A DNA stretch of 64,000 nt from Candidatus Micrarchaeota archaeon (GCA_040754495.1 JBFMCO010000028.1:1-64000), one strand, 5' to 3'. Counted from the stretch's first letter, positions 1 through 10,282 are shown. Numbers and translations are program-made. Notes: generated by a model not told the origin, from the sequence alone.

Positions 1-24
1 GGGCCCGAACGGTCCGGCACCGGA

Positions 25-72
25 AATACGCGACGAGCGCAAGCGAGCGTCTTGGCGAGCGAAGCGAGCCCA
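25..72. repeat. Tandem short hairpins of the GAGCG(A/C)AAGCGAG type
   Basis: GACGAGCGCAAGCGAGCGTC and GGCGAGCGAAGCGAGCC; related motifs at 39222-39245 and (reverse) 44812-44830. Confidence 0.5.
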
Positions 73-238
73 TCAAAAAGAAACGACAATGGACGAAATA
101 TTTAAATACATGGAAATGCAAAAAATAGAACAGGCAATCCGTTCCCCCAGTTTGAAAAAAAGGCCCAGATTGCCCCAGCGGAATGTTTAAATAGATGAAA
201 AACCATATATTAACACACAAGAAAAGGAGGCACCAGGC

Positions 239-1573
239 ATGATACTCGGGGACAACCTGCTGAAAAGGCTTGCGGAAGGCGACAGGGAGGCTGCCGCGCA
301 CCTCAGGGACATTCTCAGGACCGGCGTTATAGAGAAGGATGACGCCGCGGGTATCCTTGGCCATGCCGTCCAGGGCATGGCGAGGCAGTCGGCTCGTAGA
401 ACGGAAGGATTGCTGGCGAAGTTCGAGCTCTATTCCATCGTCAGCGAGCTTTGCTGCATCGTCGTGCCTCCTTCCGGAGGCATGGAGCAGGACCTCATGA
501 AAGCGGCCGCCAACGTGCTTTCCGTAGATGACAGGGATATAACCACGGTGTCGCTTTACGAGGACCTGGTGGCGCTTGCCATGAACGGCCCCGAAGGCTG
601 CTACGACAAGGTACCGAAGCAGATGGCGCAGGCCGCGAAATCGACTGCCGGGGGAAGCTTCAGGCAGACGATATCCACCGGCGCCGCGATTGCGAGGGCC
701 AGGGAGGGCAGCATAGAGGTAGACGGCACCTACCTCGAGGCCGCGAGGGTATGCCTCCTCAACGCGATGCATTACGGCTCTCCTGAAACCAGCACGTATG
801 CCTACGAAGCCGTTTCGCTCATACCGGACAACAAGGCATCCGACTACCTCCTGGACGCAGCCTGGGGAACGGAGGGCGAATCCAGGGCGAAGGCGCTCGG
901 GGCGCTGTTCGCGCACTATGGCGATGACACGGTAGCGCTTTACACCATCTCCATCCTGGCTAAGGAGAACCTGGATGTCCGGGCCGAGGTGGCGCAGATA
1001 GCCAAGGGGAACGAGGCTGCCGGGAGGATAATGGCCGGCCTCAGACACGGAGACGAGCTTGACACCGCCAGGGCGGACAAGGAGATGCTCCTTGAGACGG
1101 AATACCCGGACCCGACATGCCCCCAGAGGACCTACATAGAGATGGTATTCAATGCCGTGGAAACCGCCCTTTCGCCGGCAGGGGGTGGAAGGGGGGTCGA
1201 TTATGAGACTTCGGTCAAGCAGCTCGCCACATGGGGCGCGGACCCCGGGGGCATGGCAGACCTCTTCGACAAGCACAGCCTGAAGCTCATAAGAAGGAAC
1301 GTCGAGAACGCCCTCCTCCATGTGCTCGCCACGCATCCGGATTGCGGGGTGAGGGAGGAGGCTGCCGCAGGTCTGAAGAAGATAGGAAGCGACAGGGTCG
1401 AGGCTGTCCTGGAGAGGATAGTCGAGAGGCTGGGTGAGGGATGCCCGGCTGGCGCGCTTGCGTCTGATACGCTTGCTTCCATAAGGGGAAGCAAGGTCGA
1501 GATATTCGAGGTCGTGCTTCCGGCCCCGGCCAAAAGAAAGCCCCCTGCGCAGCCGCCGAGGCTCGTGCAGTAA
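239..1573 (+). CDS. Hypothetical helical protein with C-terminal HEAT/PBS-lyase-like repeat
   Basis: 444-aa ORF, AT-rich promoter upstream; HPDCGVREEAAAGLKKIG resembles a HEAT repeat. Confidence 0.6.
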   Translation: MILGDNLLKRLAEGDREAAAHLRDILRTGVIEKDDAAGILGHAVQGMARQSARRTEGLLAKFELYSIVSELCCIVVPPSGGMEQDLMKAAANVLSVDDRDITTVSLYEDLVALAMNGPEGCYDKVPKQMAQAAKSTAGGSFRQTISTGAAIARAREGSIEVDGTYLEAARVCLLNAMHYGSPETSTYAYEAVSLIPDNKASDYLLDAAWGTEGESRAKALGALFAHYGDDTVALYTISILAKENLDVRAEVAQIAKGNEAAGRIMAGLRHGDELDTARADKEMLLETEYPDPTCPQRTYIEMVFNAVETALSPAGGGRGVDYETSVKQLATWGADPGGMADLFDKHSLKLIRRNVENALLHVLATHPDCGVREEAAAGLKKIGSDRVEAVLERIVERLGEGCPAGALASDTLASIRGSKVEIFEVVLPAPAKRKPPAQPPRLVQ

Positions 1574-1613
1574 AACAGGAAGTCATTAAAACCACGTCTG
1601 GCAAATCCAATCG

Positions 1614-2408
1614 ATGGCGAGGGTGCGGATTCTCAAGAGGCAGGACAGGGCCTACATGGAGCTGCCCAGGGAGATGGCAGCTCACGACGAGGTGGAGGTT
1701 TTCCAGCTCCGCGAGGGGTACTACCTTCTCAGCGTGCCCCTCGGCCAGCCTTCCCCCCGCCAGGAGGGGGGCATCAGCGAGGCCGAGAAGGAGGTCCTGA
1801 AGAAGCTCCTTTCGATAAGGTTCGAAAACCGCACCCCGGAGCACGTCTCCGGCGCCCTTTCAGAAGAGGAGCTTTCCGTGCTGAAGGGGCTCGAAGGCAA
1901 GGGGCTCGTATACGTATTCAGGGGCGGCAAATACAAGGAAGGGGTTTATAGCGTCAAGGACAGCGCTTATTCCCTGGCAAAGGACAAGAAGGGGCCGGAG
2001 GCAGGGGCCAGGGCGGCTGGCGAGGGAGGCCGGAGGCAGGAAACGGCACACGTACAGTCCGAGCCCCCGCAGGGAGGGGGGGCCATCGTCACCCTGAAAA
2101 GCAGGGGCTTCGTCGTCGTCAACGACAAGAGGGAGGCGGTCGCCCTATCCGACTCGCTCGGGAGCGACATGAAGAGCGGGGCCGTGGTTGGAGTGAAAGG
2201 GTTCGACGGCAAATTCTACATAGTTACAAGAAGCTATTTCATGGCCGCCCAGGCCTCCATAGCGTCGGTGCTCAAGGATGACATGGACGCGCCCTCCATC
2301 GCCTCAGCTGCAAAGCTGGACCCGGAGGGCTGCATGGCCGCCCTCAGGCTCATGGCCGAGAACGGTGACATAATAGAGAAGAAGAGGGGCGTGTTCGCGC
2401 CTGTGTAG
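1614..2408 (+). CDS. Hypothetical protein, possible N-terminal AbrB-like and winged-helix domains
   Basis: 264-aa ORF with typical codon usage; domain guess from pattern only. Confidence 0.55.
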   Translation: MARVRILKRQDRAYMELPREMAAHDEVEVFQLREGYYLLSVPLGQPSPRQEGGISEAEKEVLKKLLSIRFENRTPEHVSGALSEEELSVLKGLEGKGLVYVFRGGKYKEGVYSVKDSAYSLAKDKKGPEAGARAAGEGGRRQETAHVQSEPPQGGGAIVTLKSRGFVVVNDKREAVALSDSLGSDMKSGAVVGVKGFDGKFYIVTRSYFMAAQASIASVLKDDMDAPSIASAAKLDPEGCMAALRLMAENGDIIEKKRGVFAPV

Positions 2409-2463
2409 GCGCCTCGCGCGGGCCGGGAGAGGATTAAAAACATTTTTATTCATTTAGACCAAC

Positions 2464-3453
2464 ATGCAAAGGAAGGTCTTACCGCCCCCGGAAGATAGGA
2501 ACAGGCGCATCAACGCAGAGCCGCTGACGGATGGATTCGGCTCGATTACCAGCTCCCGCATCAGGAGCGCGGTCAGGAAATTCGCGGCGGCCCACCTTAA
2601 GGGCGAGCTCAAGGCATTGCCGCTCGAGCCGGGCGACAGGCTCCTTCTTTCCGGTTCTAACCAGCTGGCCGTGGACTATCTCGGAGTGGAGGCAGGCTCA
2701 CTCCGGTACAGGGTAGGGCAGGGCGACATAGCAAAGCCCCTCATGAGGGCCTCCAGGGGCCTCAGGTTCGACATTTACGTCTCCTGCTACTGGACGCGCG
2801 GCTCTGTCGGCGAGTCATTCATGCTGCCGGAGAGCGCCCTTGCCACGGTCTCGGGCGTGCAGGCCATAGAGATGGTGGTGCACGACAGGAGGGACGGCGC
2901 GGTGTTCCCGAGCTGGCTTTCTCTGGGCCTGAACAAGGAGAAGCTGGTTACCACGCCGAAGGAGGTGCCGTCGCACCAGCGCCAGACGCTCAAGATGCCG
3001 GAGAGGCCGAAGGCGACGAGGAAGAGCGTCATGCCGCCTGCGGCCCCGAGGCAGGAGAAGGAGACCGTCTCCACGCTGTCGCCGTCCGAAGCCGCCCGCA
3101 AAGTGCTTGAGGCTGCGGGGGCCGCCATCCATTTCGCCCCCCTGACCGTCCCGGAGATGGTAAGCGACGGGATGACCGTGACCGTGGGGAAGACGAGAGT
3201 CGCGGTCTCGAAAAATAAGGGCTCTATCGAGCTGAGGTTCGTCAGGAACGGCAGCATGGTTTCCTGCGGCATTGATATCGAACAGGCCAGGCGCGAGAGG
3301 GGCATAGCGATTTCGGACGGCCACAGGGTGTCGTTCAACGCCTACCCCCTCCAGGGCAACGCCGCGGGGACCGCAAGCGAGTACGTGGTAGTGGCTACCG
3401 TCCTCACCCCAGGCAACGACATCTACGGCTCGTTCGTCTTCGGCGCCTCCTAG
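2464..3453 (+). CDS. Hypothetical protein
   Basis: 329-aa ORF with ATG after AT-rich spacer. Confidence 0.6.
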   Translation: MQRKVLPPPEDRNRRINAEPLTDGFGSITSSRIRSAVRKFAAAHLKGELKALPLEPGDRLLLSGSNQLAVDYLGVEAGSLRYRVGQGDIAKPLMRASRGLRFDIYVSCYWTRGSVGESFMLPESALATVSGVQAIEMVVHDRRDGAVFPSWLSLGLNKEKLVTTPKEVPSHQRQTLKMPERPKATRKSVMPPAAPRQEKETVSTLSPSEAARKVLEAAGAAIHFAPLTVPEMVSDGMTVTVGKTRVAVSKNKGSIELRFVRNGSMVSCGIDIEQARRERGIAISDGHRVSFNAYPLQGNAAGTASEYVVVATVLTPGNDIYGSFVFGAS

Positions 3454-3476
3454 ACCGCATTCTTTTTATTGGATGG

Positions 3477-4634
3477 GTGAGGATTAGCCAATCGCCTATG
3501 ATAATCAAGGACGAGATACACGGCACGCTCGAATTCGACGAGCTGGAAGGGAAGGTGATAGACAGCGCGCCCTTCCAGAGGCTGCGCAGGATAAAGCAGA
3601 TGTCGGTGACGAATCTCGTCTATCCGGGCGCCAACCACACGCGGTTCGAGCATTCCATCGGGACCGCCCACCTCTCGGAGGTCATAGCCAGGAGGCTCGG
3701 CCTGGAGCCCGACCTTGTCCGCAAGGTGAAGCTCTACGGGCTCCTGCATGACTTGGGCCACACCGCCTTTTCCCATGAGGGCGAGGATGTCGTGAAACGC
3801 CACATAGGAGACCACGAGTCGCTCGGAAGGAAGAGGATACTGCACGGGGAGGTGGCGGACGTGCTCTCTGAGAATTACGAGCCTAAGGAAATTGCCGACA
3901 TCGGCAAATCGCCTTACGGAAGCATAATCAGCTCAGACCTCGGCTCCGACAGGATGGATTACCTGAAGAGGGACGCGCTGAACACCGGGGTGGCGTACGG
4001 GATAATAGACATCGACCGGCTCGTCCACACGCTGGCGATGAAGGACGGCCAGCTCTGCATCGGCAAGGGCGGCCTGGAGGCCGCCGAGTACCTGCTTGTC
4101 GCGAGGTTCATGATGTTCTCGGCGGTCTACATGCACCGCACGGTGAGGATAGCCACCGCGATGCTCTACCGCGCCATGGAAGGCGCGATAAGCGACGGCA
4201 CGGTGGCGCCGGAGCTTTTTGCCGAGCTTGACGACGAGGGTGCGCTCTCTGCCATAGCGAAATCGGCCGGCGGGGGCCGTTTCGCGGAGGCCATCCTCAA
4301 GCGGAGGCTTTACAAGGAGGTCCTCTCCCTGCCCAAGGATGGATGGAGCGAGGAGAGGGCGAGAGAGCTCGAAGGCAGGCTTTCGGGCAGCCTCGGAAGG
4401 CCGGTCCTGGTAGACTATCCCCACCGGTTCTTCAAGCCGGTCGCGCTGAAAGCCGTCACGGATGAAGGCCTCAAGCCCATAATGGAGCTGTCCACGCTAA
4501 TCCAGTCGCTGAAGAAGGCAGAGGAGGACCGGATGAGAGTGCTCGTCCTTTCTGACAAGGAGATGCGGGATTCGCAGGCGGAAAGGATAAGAAGGATTGT
4601 CAGCGCGCGGCAAAGGAAGCCGCGTGGACGATGA
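3477..4634 (+). CDS. HD-domain phosphohydrolase (SAMHD1/dNTPase-like family)
   Basis: IKDEIHG, FQRLRRIKQ, HTRFEHSIGT, LLHDLGH, DRMDYL motifs. Confidence 0.92.
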   Translation: MRISQSPMIIKDEIHGTLEFDELEGKVIDSAPFQRLRRIKQMSVTNLVYPGANHTRFEHSIGTAHLSEVIARRLGLEPDLVRKVKLYGLLHDLGHTAFSHEGEDVVKRHIGDHESLGRKRILHGEVADVLSENYEPKEIADIGKSPYGSIISSDLGSDRMDYLKRDALNTGVAYGIIDIDRLVHTLAMKDGQLCIGKGGLEAAEYLLVARFMMFSAVYMHRTVRIATAMLYRAMEGAISDGTVAPELFAELDDEGALSAIAKSAGGGRFAEAILKRRLYKEVLSLPKDGWSEERARELEGRLSGSLGRPVLVDYPHRFFKPVALKAVTDEGLKPIMELSTLIQSLKKAEEDRMRVLVLSDKEMRDSQAERIRRIVSARQRKPRGR

Positions 4635-4761
4635 GGACGACAGCGACTATCGCTATGACCAGCGCCTTGGGCTCGATTTCCATCCCGCTTATCTTGACGT
4701 CCGGGGAGAACCCGATGATGCCCGCGGAAGACATCGGCATGGAAACCTTTTCCTGCTTCAT
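4600..4761 (-). CDS. secG: Preprotein translocase subunit Sec61beta (SecG)
   Basis: 53 aa MKQEKVSMPMSSAGIIGF...IEPKALV followed by one TM helix. Confidence 0.85.
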   Translation of the reverse strand: MKQEKVSMPMSSAGIIGFSPDVKISGMEIEPKALVIAIVAVVLIVHAASFAAR

Positions 4762-4893
4762 GAGCCGGATTTGGGGCGAACGATATAAAAGCCTTTGGCA
4801 TACCAAATAGAATGACTGCGGGAACGACGGGAAATGTGCCGGAGGCGGGAGCGCGCCGGCGTATCCGGTATAGGCCGCAGGGGAGCCGATGCT

Positions 4894-5634
4894 ATGGGCG
4901 ATGTCGAGATTCACAGGACCGCTGATATGAAGAGGCTGAAAAAGCCGACCGTAATCATGGGATTCCCGGGCACCGGCTTAGTCGGCAGCGTCGCCGCATC
5001 GCAGATAGTCGAATCGCTGGAGATGGCCTTCGGGGGCTACCTCTCGAGCTCGGACTTCGCCCCGCTCGCCGCCATCCACGACTACAAGCCCATGCCGGCC
5101 GCGCGCATCCACTATTCCGAGAAGCACAACATGGTCGTCATTATTTCCGAGATGACGATTCCAATCGGCTCATCGCTCGATGTTGCCGACAAGATATATG
5201 AATTCGCGAAATCCGTGGATGCGGCCGCGATAATCTCCCTGGGGGGCATCTCCCTGCAGGACGAGAAGAAGGGGGTCTTCGTCGTCTCGAGCGACCCGGA
5301 GATAGTGAAGGACGTCATATCGAAGAAGATTGCAAAGCCCATAAAGGAGGGCGCGACGACCGGCGTGACCGGTATCCTGCTCGCCAAGGGCTCGCTGGAG
5401 AGGTTCCCCATAACGACCATACTGGCCGAATCCTCCGAGGAGTACCTGGACCCGAGGGCGGCAACGAACGTGCTCAAGGTCCTGATGCGCATCACCGGCG
5501 TCCAGATAAACACTGGAAGGCTCGAGAAGGAGGCCGAGGAGTTCTCGAAGGACATCAAGGAAGCGGTCCTGAAATCCCGCATCGTGAAGAAGAAAGGCCC
5601 GAGCGCGAGCGAAGGCGGCTCTATGTATGGATGA
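4894..5634 (+). CDS. Proteasome assembly chaperone, PAC2 family
   Basis: GFPGTGLVGS, ITGVTGILL and YLDPRAA motifs; ends GSMYG (HbYX-like). Confidence 0.88.
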   Translation: MGDVEIHRTADMKRLKKPTVIMGFPGTGLVGSVAASQIVESLEMAFGGYLSSSDFAPLAAIHDYKPMPAARIHYSEKHNMVVIISEMTIPIGSSLDVADKIYEFAKSVDAAAIISLGGISLQDEKKGVFVVSSDPEIVKDVISKKIAKPIKEGATTGVTGILLAKGSLERFPITTILAESSEEYLDPRAATNVLKVLMRITGVQINTGRLEKEAEEFSKDIKEAVLKSRIVKKKGPSASEGGSMYG

Positions 5635-5785
5635 TGGGCCCGCCCCCATAAACTTCTGCGATTTCTTTTCCATGCCTAGCCATGGAAAGGCTTGACGTTA
5701 ATCAAGTCAAAAAGCATTTTTCGGGGGAGGGTCAGAAAAGTAGAGAGAAATGGGGAGGGGGCGGAGCCCCCTCCGCGTTTCTTCT

Positions 5786-5869
5786 TGCAGGAGGGAGGGT
5801 TCGAACCTCCGAAGGCGCTGAGCCAGAGGATTTTAAGTCCCCCGCGTTTGACCACTTCGCTACTCCTGC
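5786..5869 (-). tRNA. tRNA-Leu(TAA), no intron
   Basis: GCAGGAG acceptor, GGGGA-CT TAA AA-TCCTC anticodon arm, long variable arm, GGTTCGAAC T-loop. Confidence 0.95.
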
Positions 5870-5915
5870 GTATGTAGACCTGCTGCGCCTGCGCTAATCA
5901 TTGGAAGAAAAGGGA

Positions 5916-6860
5916 TTATAGAATACGCGCCCGCTTCCCGTCCGTCCAGACGGTCTCCTCGTAGCGCATCCCGTATCTTTTCAGGTAGAACGCGGGCTCC
6001 AGCGCCACCACTGAGCCGGCAAGCTTGTCCTCGAACTTCTCGCTGAGGCGCGGGAACTCATGCACGTCCAGCCCCACTCCGTGGCCGATGGAGTGTATCA
6101 TTTTCGGGAAACCGGCCTTCGCCACGAGGTCGCCGGCCAGCTTCGCCACCTCTTTCCCGGTCCCGAGCGAGGGAAGGGAATCCGCCAGGAACCAGCAGAT
6201 GTCCTGCAGCTTTTCGTACTGCTCCGTTTTCTTCCGGTCGTTATCGAGGATGAAGCACCTTGTGAGGTCCGCGCAATAGTGCCCGTACCTGACGCCGTAA
6301 TCCACAAGCACCAGCGAGCCGAGCCTCTTTTTCCCGGCACGATAATGCGGGAAGGACGTGTTCGCGTCCGTGGCGACTATGGGCTCGAACGCAGGCTCGA
6401 TGCCCATCCCGAAAGTCTGCCTCATGAGCTGCGCATGGACATCCAGCTCGGTCTTCGCCCCCCGCAAATCCAGCGAATCGAAGATATCCTTCGTGAGCCT
6501 GACCGCCCGCCTCATCTTCGCGGCCTCGTCCGGCCTTTTCCGCGCCCGCCCGATGATGAGCTCCTGCGAGCAATCCTTGAGGCGGCACGCCTTCCCGATG
6601 CGCGAGGCCAGCCTTGCGCTCACGGACGAGGCGTCGTATGAAACGGTCCTGCGCCGTATGAACTTCGAGAGCGTCTTGATTGCATCCGAATAGACGACGA
6701 CCTTCCCACGGAACTGGCGCCTGGCAATGGCCTCGTTCATGCCTGATGTAAGCAGGATGCGCCTTCTCCCGTCCTCAAGGAAAAAGCTGTGGTCTATGTC
6801 CACGCCTGAATGGTGGAAGAAGTTCGAATCGAAATTGTCGCCACGGTAGAGCAGCAGCAT
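5916..6860 (-). CDS. Xaa-Pro aminopeptidase (M24B)
   Basis: PHY, LVDYGVRY...ADLTR, HSIGHGVGLDVHE, ALEPAFY, RYEE metal-binding motifs. Confidence 0.9.
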   Translation of the reverse strand: MLLLYRGDNFDSNFFHHSGVDIDHSFFLEDGRRRILLTSGMNEAIARRQFRGKVVVYSDAIKTLSKFIRRRTVSYDASSVSARLASRIGKACRLKDCSQELIIGRARKRPDEAAKMRRAVRLTKDIFDSLDLRGAKTELDVHAQLMRQTFGMGIEPAFEPIVATDANTSFPHYRAGKKRLGSLVLVDYGVRYGHYCADLTRCFILDNDRKKTEQYEKLQDICWFLADSLPSLGTGKEVAKLAGDLVAKAGFPKMIHSIGHGVGLDVHEFPRLSEKFEDKLAGSVVALEPAFYLKRYGMRYEETVWTDGKRARIL

Positions 6861-6955
6861 GATGTGAGAACGGAGCGCCCGCTTATATTCGTTTCCCACC
6901 GTACGAAAAGCAAAGGGGTTTAATTCTTGAGCGGATTAGTCAAACCGGTGATACC

Positions 6956-7804
6956 TTGAGGTATGCGCTCCTTGCGGTCCTTGCGTTCATGCTGTTTTTC
7001 GGATGTGCCGGCATCATCGGCACCGAGAGTTCCCCGTCCTACAACGGCGGCGCGGTGCGCGAAGCCCTCGCGCCGACGTATGCTGCCGGAGGCGCGGACT
7101 ACTCGGCCCAGAAATACGTCACGAAGGAGGGCACGATAACGCTCAAGGTCCCGGAAGGCGCCCTCGAGAGCAGGGTGGAGGGCATAAAATCCGACCTTGA
7201 ATCCGAAGGCGCGGACCTCTCGAACGTGGTATACAACGAATACAGCGACCGCAAGCAGTACACGCTCACCGTGAAGGTCGCGCCAAGCAAGTTCGAATCC
7301 ATAAACGACATGCTGAAAGAGGCCGGCGAGGTCAAGGGCATGTCGGTCCAGCTCGAGGACGTCACCCAGCAGTACACGGACCTCGATACACGGATAAAAA
7401 ACAAGGAGGTGGAGCTGGGGAGGCTCTACAAGCTCTATAACCAGAGCGACAACGTGAGCGACCTCCTTGCCGTGGAGCGCGAGGTCACCCGGGTGGAGAC
7501 CGAGCTGGAGCTGCTCAAGGGCCAGAAGGACTACCTCTCATCGAGGGTGGAGCGCTCGACCATCACGATAACAATCTACGAGGAAAAACCCGCGAGCTCA
7601 TCGCTGACGCTGCCTCTCGAGGGCCTTGCCGCGCTCTTCTTCACCGCCATCGCGGCGGCAATAACGCTGATAGTCGGCCTGGCAGGATTCCTGCTTCCGA
7701 TAGCGGTCGTGGTGGGCCTCGTCTGGCTCGCGTACACGAAGCTTGCCGGGAAAAAGAAGGGGCCGAAGGCGCCTGAGCACAGCAAGATACCTGCTCCAGA
7801 GTAA
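6956..7804 (+). CDS. DUF4349-like lipoprotein/membrane protein
   Basis: Lipobox-like LFFGC, EDVTQQYTDLDTRIKN coiled coil, C-terminal TM hairpin. Confidence 0.8.
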   Translation: MRYALLAVLAFMLFFGCAGIIGTESSPSYNGGAVREALAPTYAAGGADYSAQKYVTKEGTITLKVPEGALESRVEGIKSDLESEGADLSNVVYNEYSDRKQYTLTVKVAPSKFESINDMLKEAGEVKGMSVQLEDVTQQYTDLDTRIKNKEVELGRLYKLYNQSDNVSDLLAVEREVTRVETELELLKGQKDYLSSRVERSTITITIYEEKPASSSLTLPLEGLAALFFTAIAAAITLIVGLAGFLLPIAVVVGLVWLAYTKLAGKKKGPKAPEHSKIPAPE

Positions 7805-7810
7805 GGAGGT

Positions 7811-7919
7811 CGGGCAGCCGGTTTCCGGCAGCCCGTTTCCGGTTCCCGGCAGCGTTGGCGGGGTTTCCGGTTGTGGGTTTTTGCTTCCGCCACGAAACAA
7901 CCCACGGCTGGCGGCCGGG
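7811..7919. repeat. Degenerate heptamer (GGTTTCC/GGAAACC) repeat element
   Basis: CCGGTTTCCGGCAGCCCGTTTCCGGTTCCCGG... between convergent genes. Confidence 0.65.
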
Positions 7920-7924
7920 TGCGC

Positions 7925-8251
7925 CTAGACCTCGACCGTCTGCTCGTTCCCGGGGTCCACTTCCACGATCAGCTTCGCCTTCTTGTCCGATGAGGGGAAC
8001 ACGAAATCCACGCTCTGGTCCTTCCTTATCCTCTTCCTCTCGAACCGCACTTCCTCGGTGCCGAAGCGGGCCACCACGCTGGCCTTGGCAAGGTTCCTCC
8101 TGGCGGTGATGGTGAGGCAGGTGTTCTGCCCCTCCTTGCGCTTGGAGTAGGAGAAGGGCTTCATGCCGAGGGCTATGAAAGCGATGATTGCCACCGCTAT
8201 AAGTATGAGCGAGCCTGCGCATATCAGGGGGAGGAGGTCTTCTTCGGTCAT
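7925..8251 (-). CDS. Small membrane-anchored hypothetical protein
   Basis: MTEEDLL, then TM helix and beta-rich domain; overlaps stop of PIN gene. Confidence 0.7.
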   Translation of the reverse strand: MTEEDLLPLICAGSLILIAVAIIAFIALGMKPFSYSKRKEGQNTCLTITARRNLAKASVVARFGTEEVRFERKRIRKDQSVDFVFPSSDKKAKLIVEVDPGNEQTVEV

Positions 8252-8637
8252 ACGAACCCCAGCTTGGATTTCGATTTCAGCGCAACAACTTTTATATCGA
8301 GCGCCCGGAGCTTTCTCCGCAGGGCGCTGTCGTTCGTGCACACGATGGCCCGGTTCGCCCCGGCATAGGCGGCTATCCAGTCGTCCACGTGGCCGGTGCT
8401 CGGAATAACCTCGATCCGCCCCCTGTTGGCCTCGACGAGTTTCAGCGCCAGCCGCGCACTCATCCCGTCCTTGCCAACAGCCTTGGATATCTTCCCCAGC
8501 TCCGAGATTGTCCGGGACGCTATCACGAAATGGTGGCTGACGTCTACGAGGTAGTCCAGCTCCCTCAGTATGTCTATCTTGAAGCGGAAGGGTATCAGGA
8601 GGAAGTTGGTGTCTAGGACCACCGGCCGGCTTGCCAT
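8248..8637 (-). CDS. PIN-domain nuclease (Fcf1/Utp24-like archaeal family)
   Basis: VVLDTNFLLIP, DDWI, VCTNDSALR motifs. Confidence 0.88.
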   Translation of the reverse strand: MASRPVVLDTNFLLIPFRFKIDILRELDYLVDVSHHFVIASRTISELGKISKAVGKDGMSARLALKLVEANRGRIEVIPSTGHVDDWIAAYAGANRAIVCTNDSALRRKLRALDIKVVALKSKSKLGFV

Positions 8638-8769
8638 GCGGATAGGTGGGCGGGCGGGCCATAAAAATGTATGCCGGCGGGGGCAATGGTGGAAATTGTG
8701 GGAGAAAGTGAATATTTATAAATGTTTCCGGGCATAATAAAGTCATAATCACGGGAGGGTGATTTCCGC

Positions 8770-9435
8770 ATGGCAGTCAATAACGATTTAGTTGCAAAGA
8801 AGGGCCCGGTCAGGGGCGAGGAGCACAGCGGCGAGAGCGAGCAGAAAGGACCTGCGAAGTTCTCCAAGATGAAGGGGCTCGTCGCATCCATCATGGTCGC
8901 AGGCGCTATTGCAGGCGCGAACGCATGCAGCAACGAGGAGAGCTCGAACCCTCCGGACATCCCGGCAACCGACGGGGGCTGCGAGGCTGATGCTGATTGT
9001 ACGGACGGCGGAACGACCGACGGCGGGACCACCGATGGCGGCCCGGACGTCGATGCCGGTCCTGACGTTGATGCCGGTCCCGATGTAGATGCCGGCCCGG
9101 ATGTTGACGGCGGCGTCAGCGACGGCGGAAACGACGGGGGCTTCGTGCCTGCCTGCACTGGCGTCCACGACGAGACCGTCGAGAACGCCGAGTTCCCGAA
9201 GAACGACGTTGTCGAGGTCGGCGGATACGGTTTCGAGTACCTGTCCTACACGAGCGGCTCCGTGACCCTTGACATCACGTGCGGCTCCGACAGCTCGGCT
9301 GTCGAGTCTGGCGTGGTCGTGGGCGGGGCTGAGAGAGTCGTCGAGGTGCCTGCAGACGGGAAGAGGATAAGGATAAACCTCGAGAACAAGAACACGTTCA
9401 GGGCGATCCTTGACGTGACCGTCGAACCCCTTTGA
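8770..9435 (+). CDS. Secreted/lipid-anchored protein with acidic DGG and GPDVDA repeats
   Basis: Hydrophobic segment ending ANAC; TDGG x3 and GPDVDA x3 plus GPDVDG, with synonymous codon variation. Confidence 0.75.
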   Translation: MAVNNDLVAKKGPVRGEEHSGESEQKGPAKFSKMKGLVASIMVAGAIAGANACSNEESSNPPDIPATDGGCEADADCTDGGTTDGGTTDGGPDVDAGPDVDAGPDVDAGPDVDGGVSDGGNDGGFVPACTGVHDETVENAEFPKNDVVEVGGYGFEYLSYTSGSVTLDITCGSDSSAVESGVVVGGAERVVEVPADGKRIRINLENKNTFRAILDVTVEPL

Positions 9436-9445
9436 TTTTTAATTT

Positions 9446-9841
9446 TCAGTCTTTTACGCCAAGGACATCGCGGGCCTTGGCGACATCCTTTTCATGCGGC
9501 CGGATGGCCACTTCCGTGAAGTCCTGCTTCCTGCTCACTATGTAGAGGCTCTCCAGGCTCACGCCCTTGTTTGCGAGCTTCCTGGTCATCTTGCCGAGCT
9601 CGCCCGGGCGGTTCTGCATCTTGTAGATTATCGTTTCCGCCTCCCTGACCTGGGCCCCCGGAATCTTGGAGAGCGCCTTCAGCGCGGTGGAAACGTCGCT
9701 CGTGATTATCCTGAAGACCGCCTTGCCGTCAAGGCCGTAGGCGGATATTGCCTCTATATTGACCCCCACGGAGCCGAGCGTCTCGGCGACCTGGGCAAGG
9801 GAACCTACGTCGTTGCTGGTTATGACAGTAATCTCTTTCAT
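9446..9841 (-). CDS. Tandem ACT-domain protein
   Basis: Two ACT repeats (NDVGSLAQVAETLGSVGVNIEAI; NRPGELGKMTRKLANKGVSLESL). Confidence 0.9.
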   Translation of the reverse strand: MKEITVITSNDVGSLAQVAETLGSVGVNIEAISAYGLDGKAVFRIITSDVSTALKALSKIPGAQVREAETIIYKMQNRPGELGKMTRKLANKGVSLESLYIVSRKQDFTEVAIRPHEKDVAKARDVLGVKD

Positions 9842-9906
9842 CAGACACCACCCGGGGATTTTAGGCTCCCAAAATTAAAGAATCTTTCCGTGGCTATTGT
9901 GATTGC

Positions 9907-10221
9907 ATGGTGAGCAAAAAGGGCATACTCGACAAGCTCAGCCAGGTGAATGACCCGGAGCTGGGCATGAACATAGTCGACCTCGGGCTGGTGTACGATG
10001 TGGACATCAGGGAGAGGAGGGAAGGCGAGCTCCAGAAGGTGTTCATAAAGATGACATTCACAACGCCCGCCTGCCCGATGATAAACGAGATGCTCCACGA
10101 GATACAGTCCAGGCTGGACGAGTTCAAGGACCTGGACGTCGAGCTTACCGTGGTGTTCGACCCCCCCTGGACGCCGGACATGATGTCCGAGCGGGCCAAG
10201 ATAAAGCTGGGGATATTATGA
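9907..10221 (+). CDS. DUF59/MIP18-family Fe-S assembly protein
   Basis: VNDPELGMNIVDLGLVY, TTPACP, DPPWTPDMMS. Confidence 0.92.
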   Translation: MVSKKGILDKLSQVNDPELGMNIVDLGLVYDVDIRERREGELQKVFIKMTFTTPACPMINEMLHEIQSRLDEFKDLDVELTVVFDPPWTPDMMSERAKIKLGIL

Positions 10222-10282
10222 GTTTTGGGTTGCCGGTTTTGGGTTTTGGCCTAAACCGGAAACTGGAAACAGGAAACCGCAC
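10222..10282. repeat. Heptamer repeat, inverted arrangement
   Basis: GGGTTGCCGGTTTTGGGTTTTGG ... CCGGAAACTGGAAACAGGAAACC. Confidence 0.7.

Noticed and set aside
4812-4893. Possible structured leader/riboswitch upstream of the PAC2 gene (CTGCGG...CCGCAG)
   Set aside because: Short GC stems are expected by chance; no recognisable family
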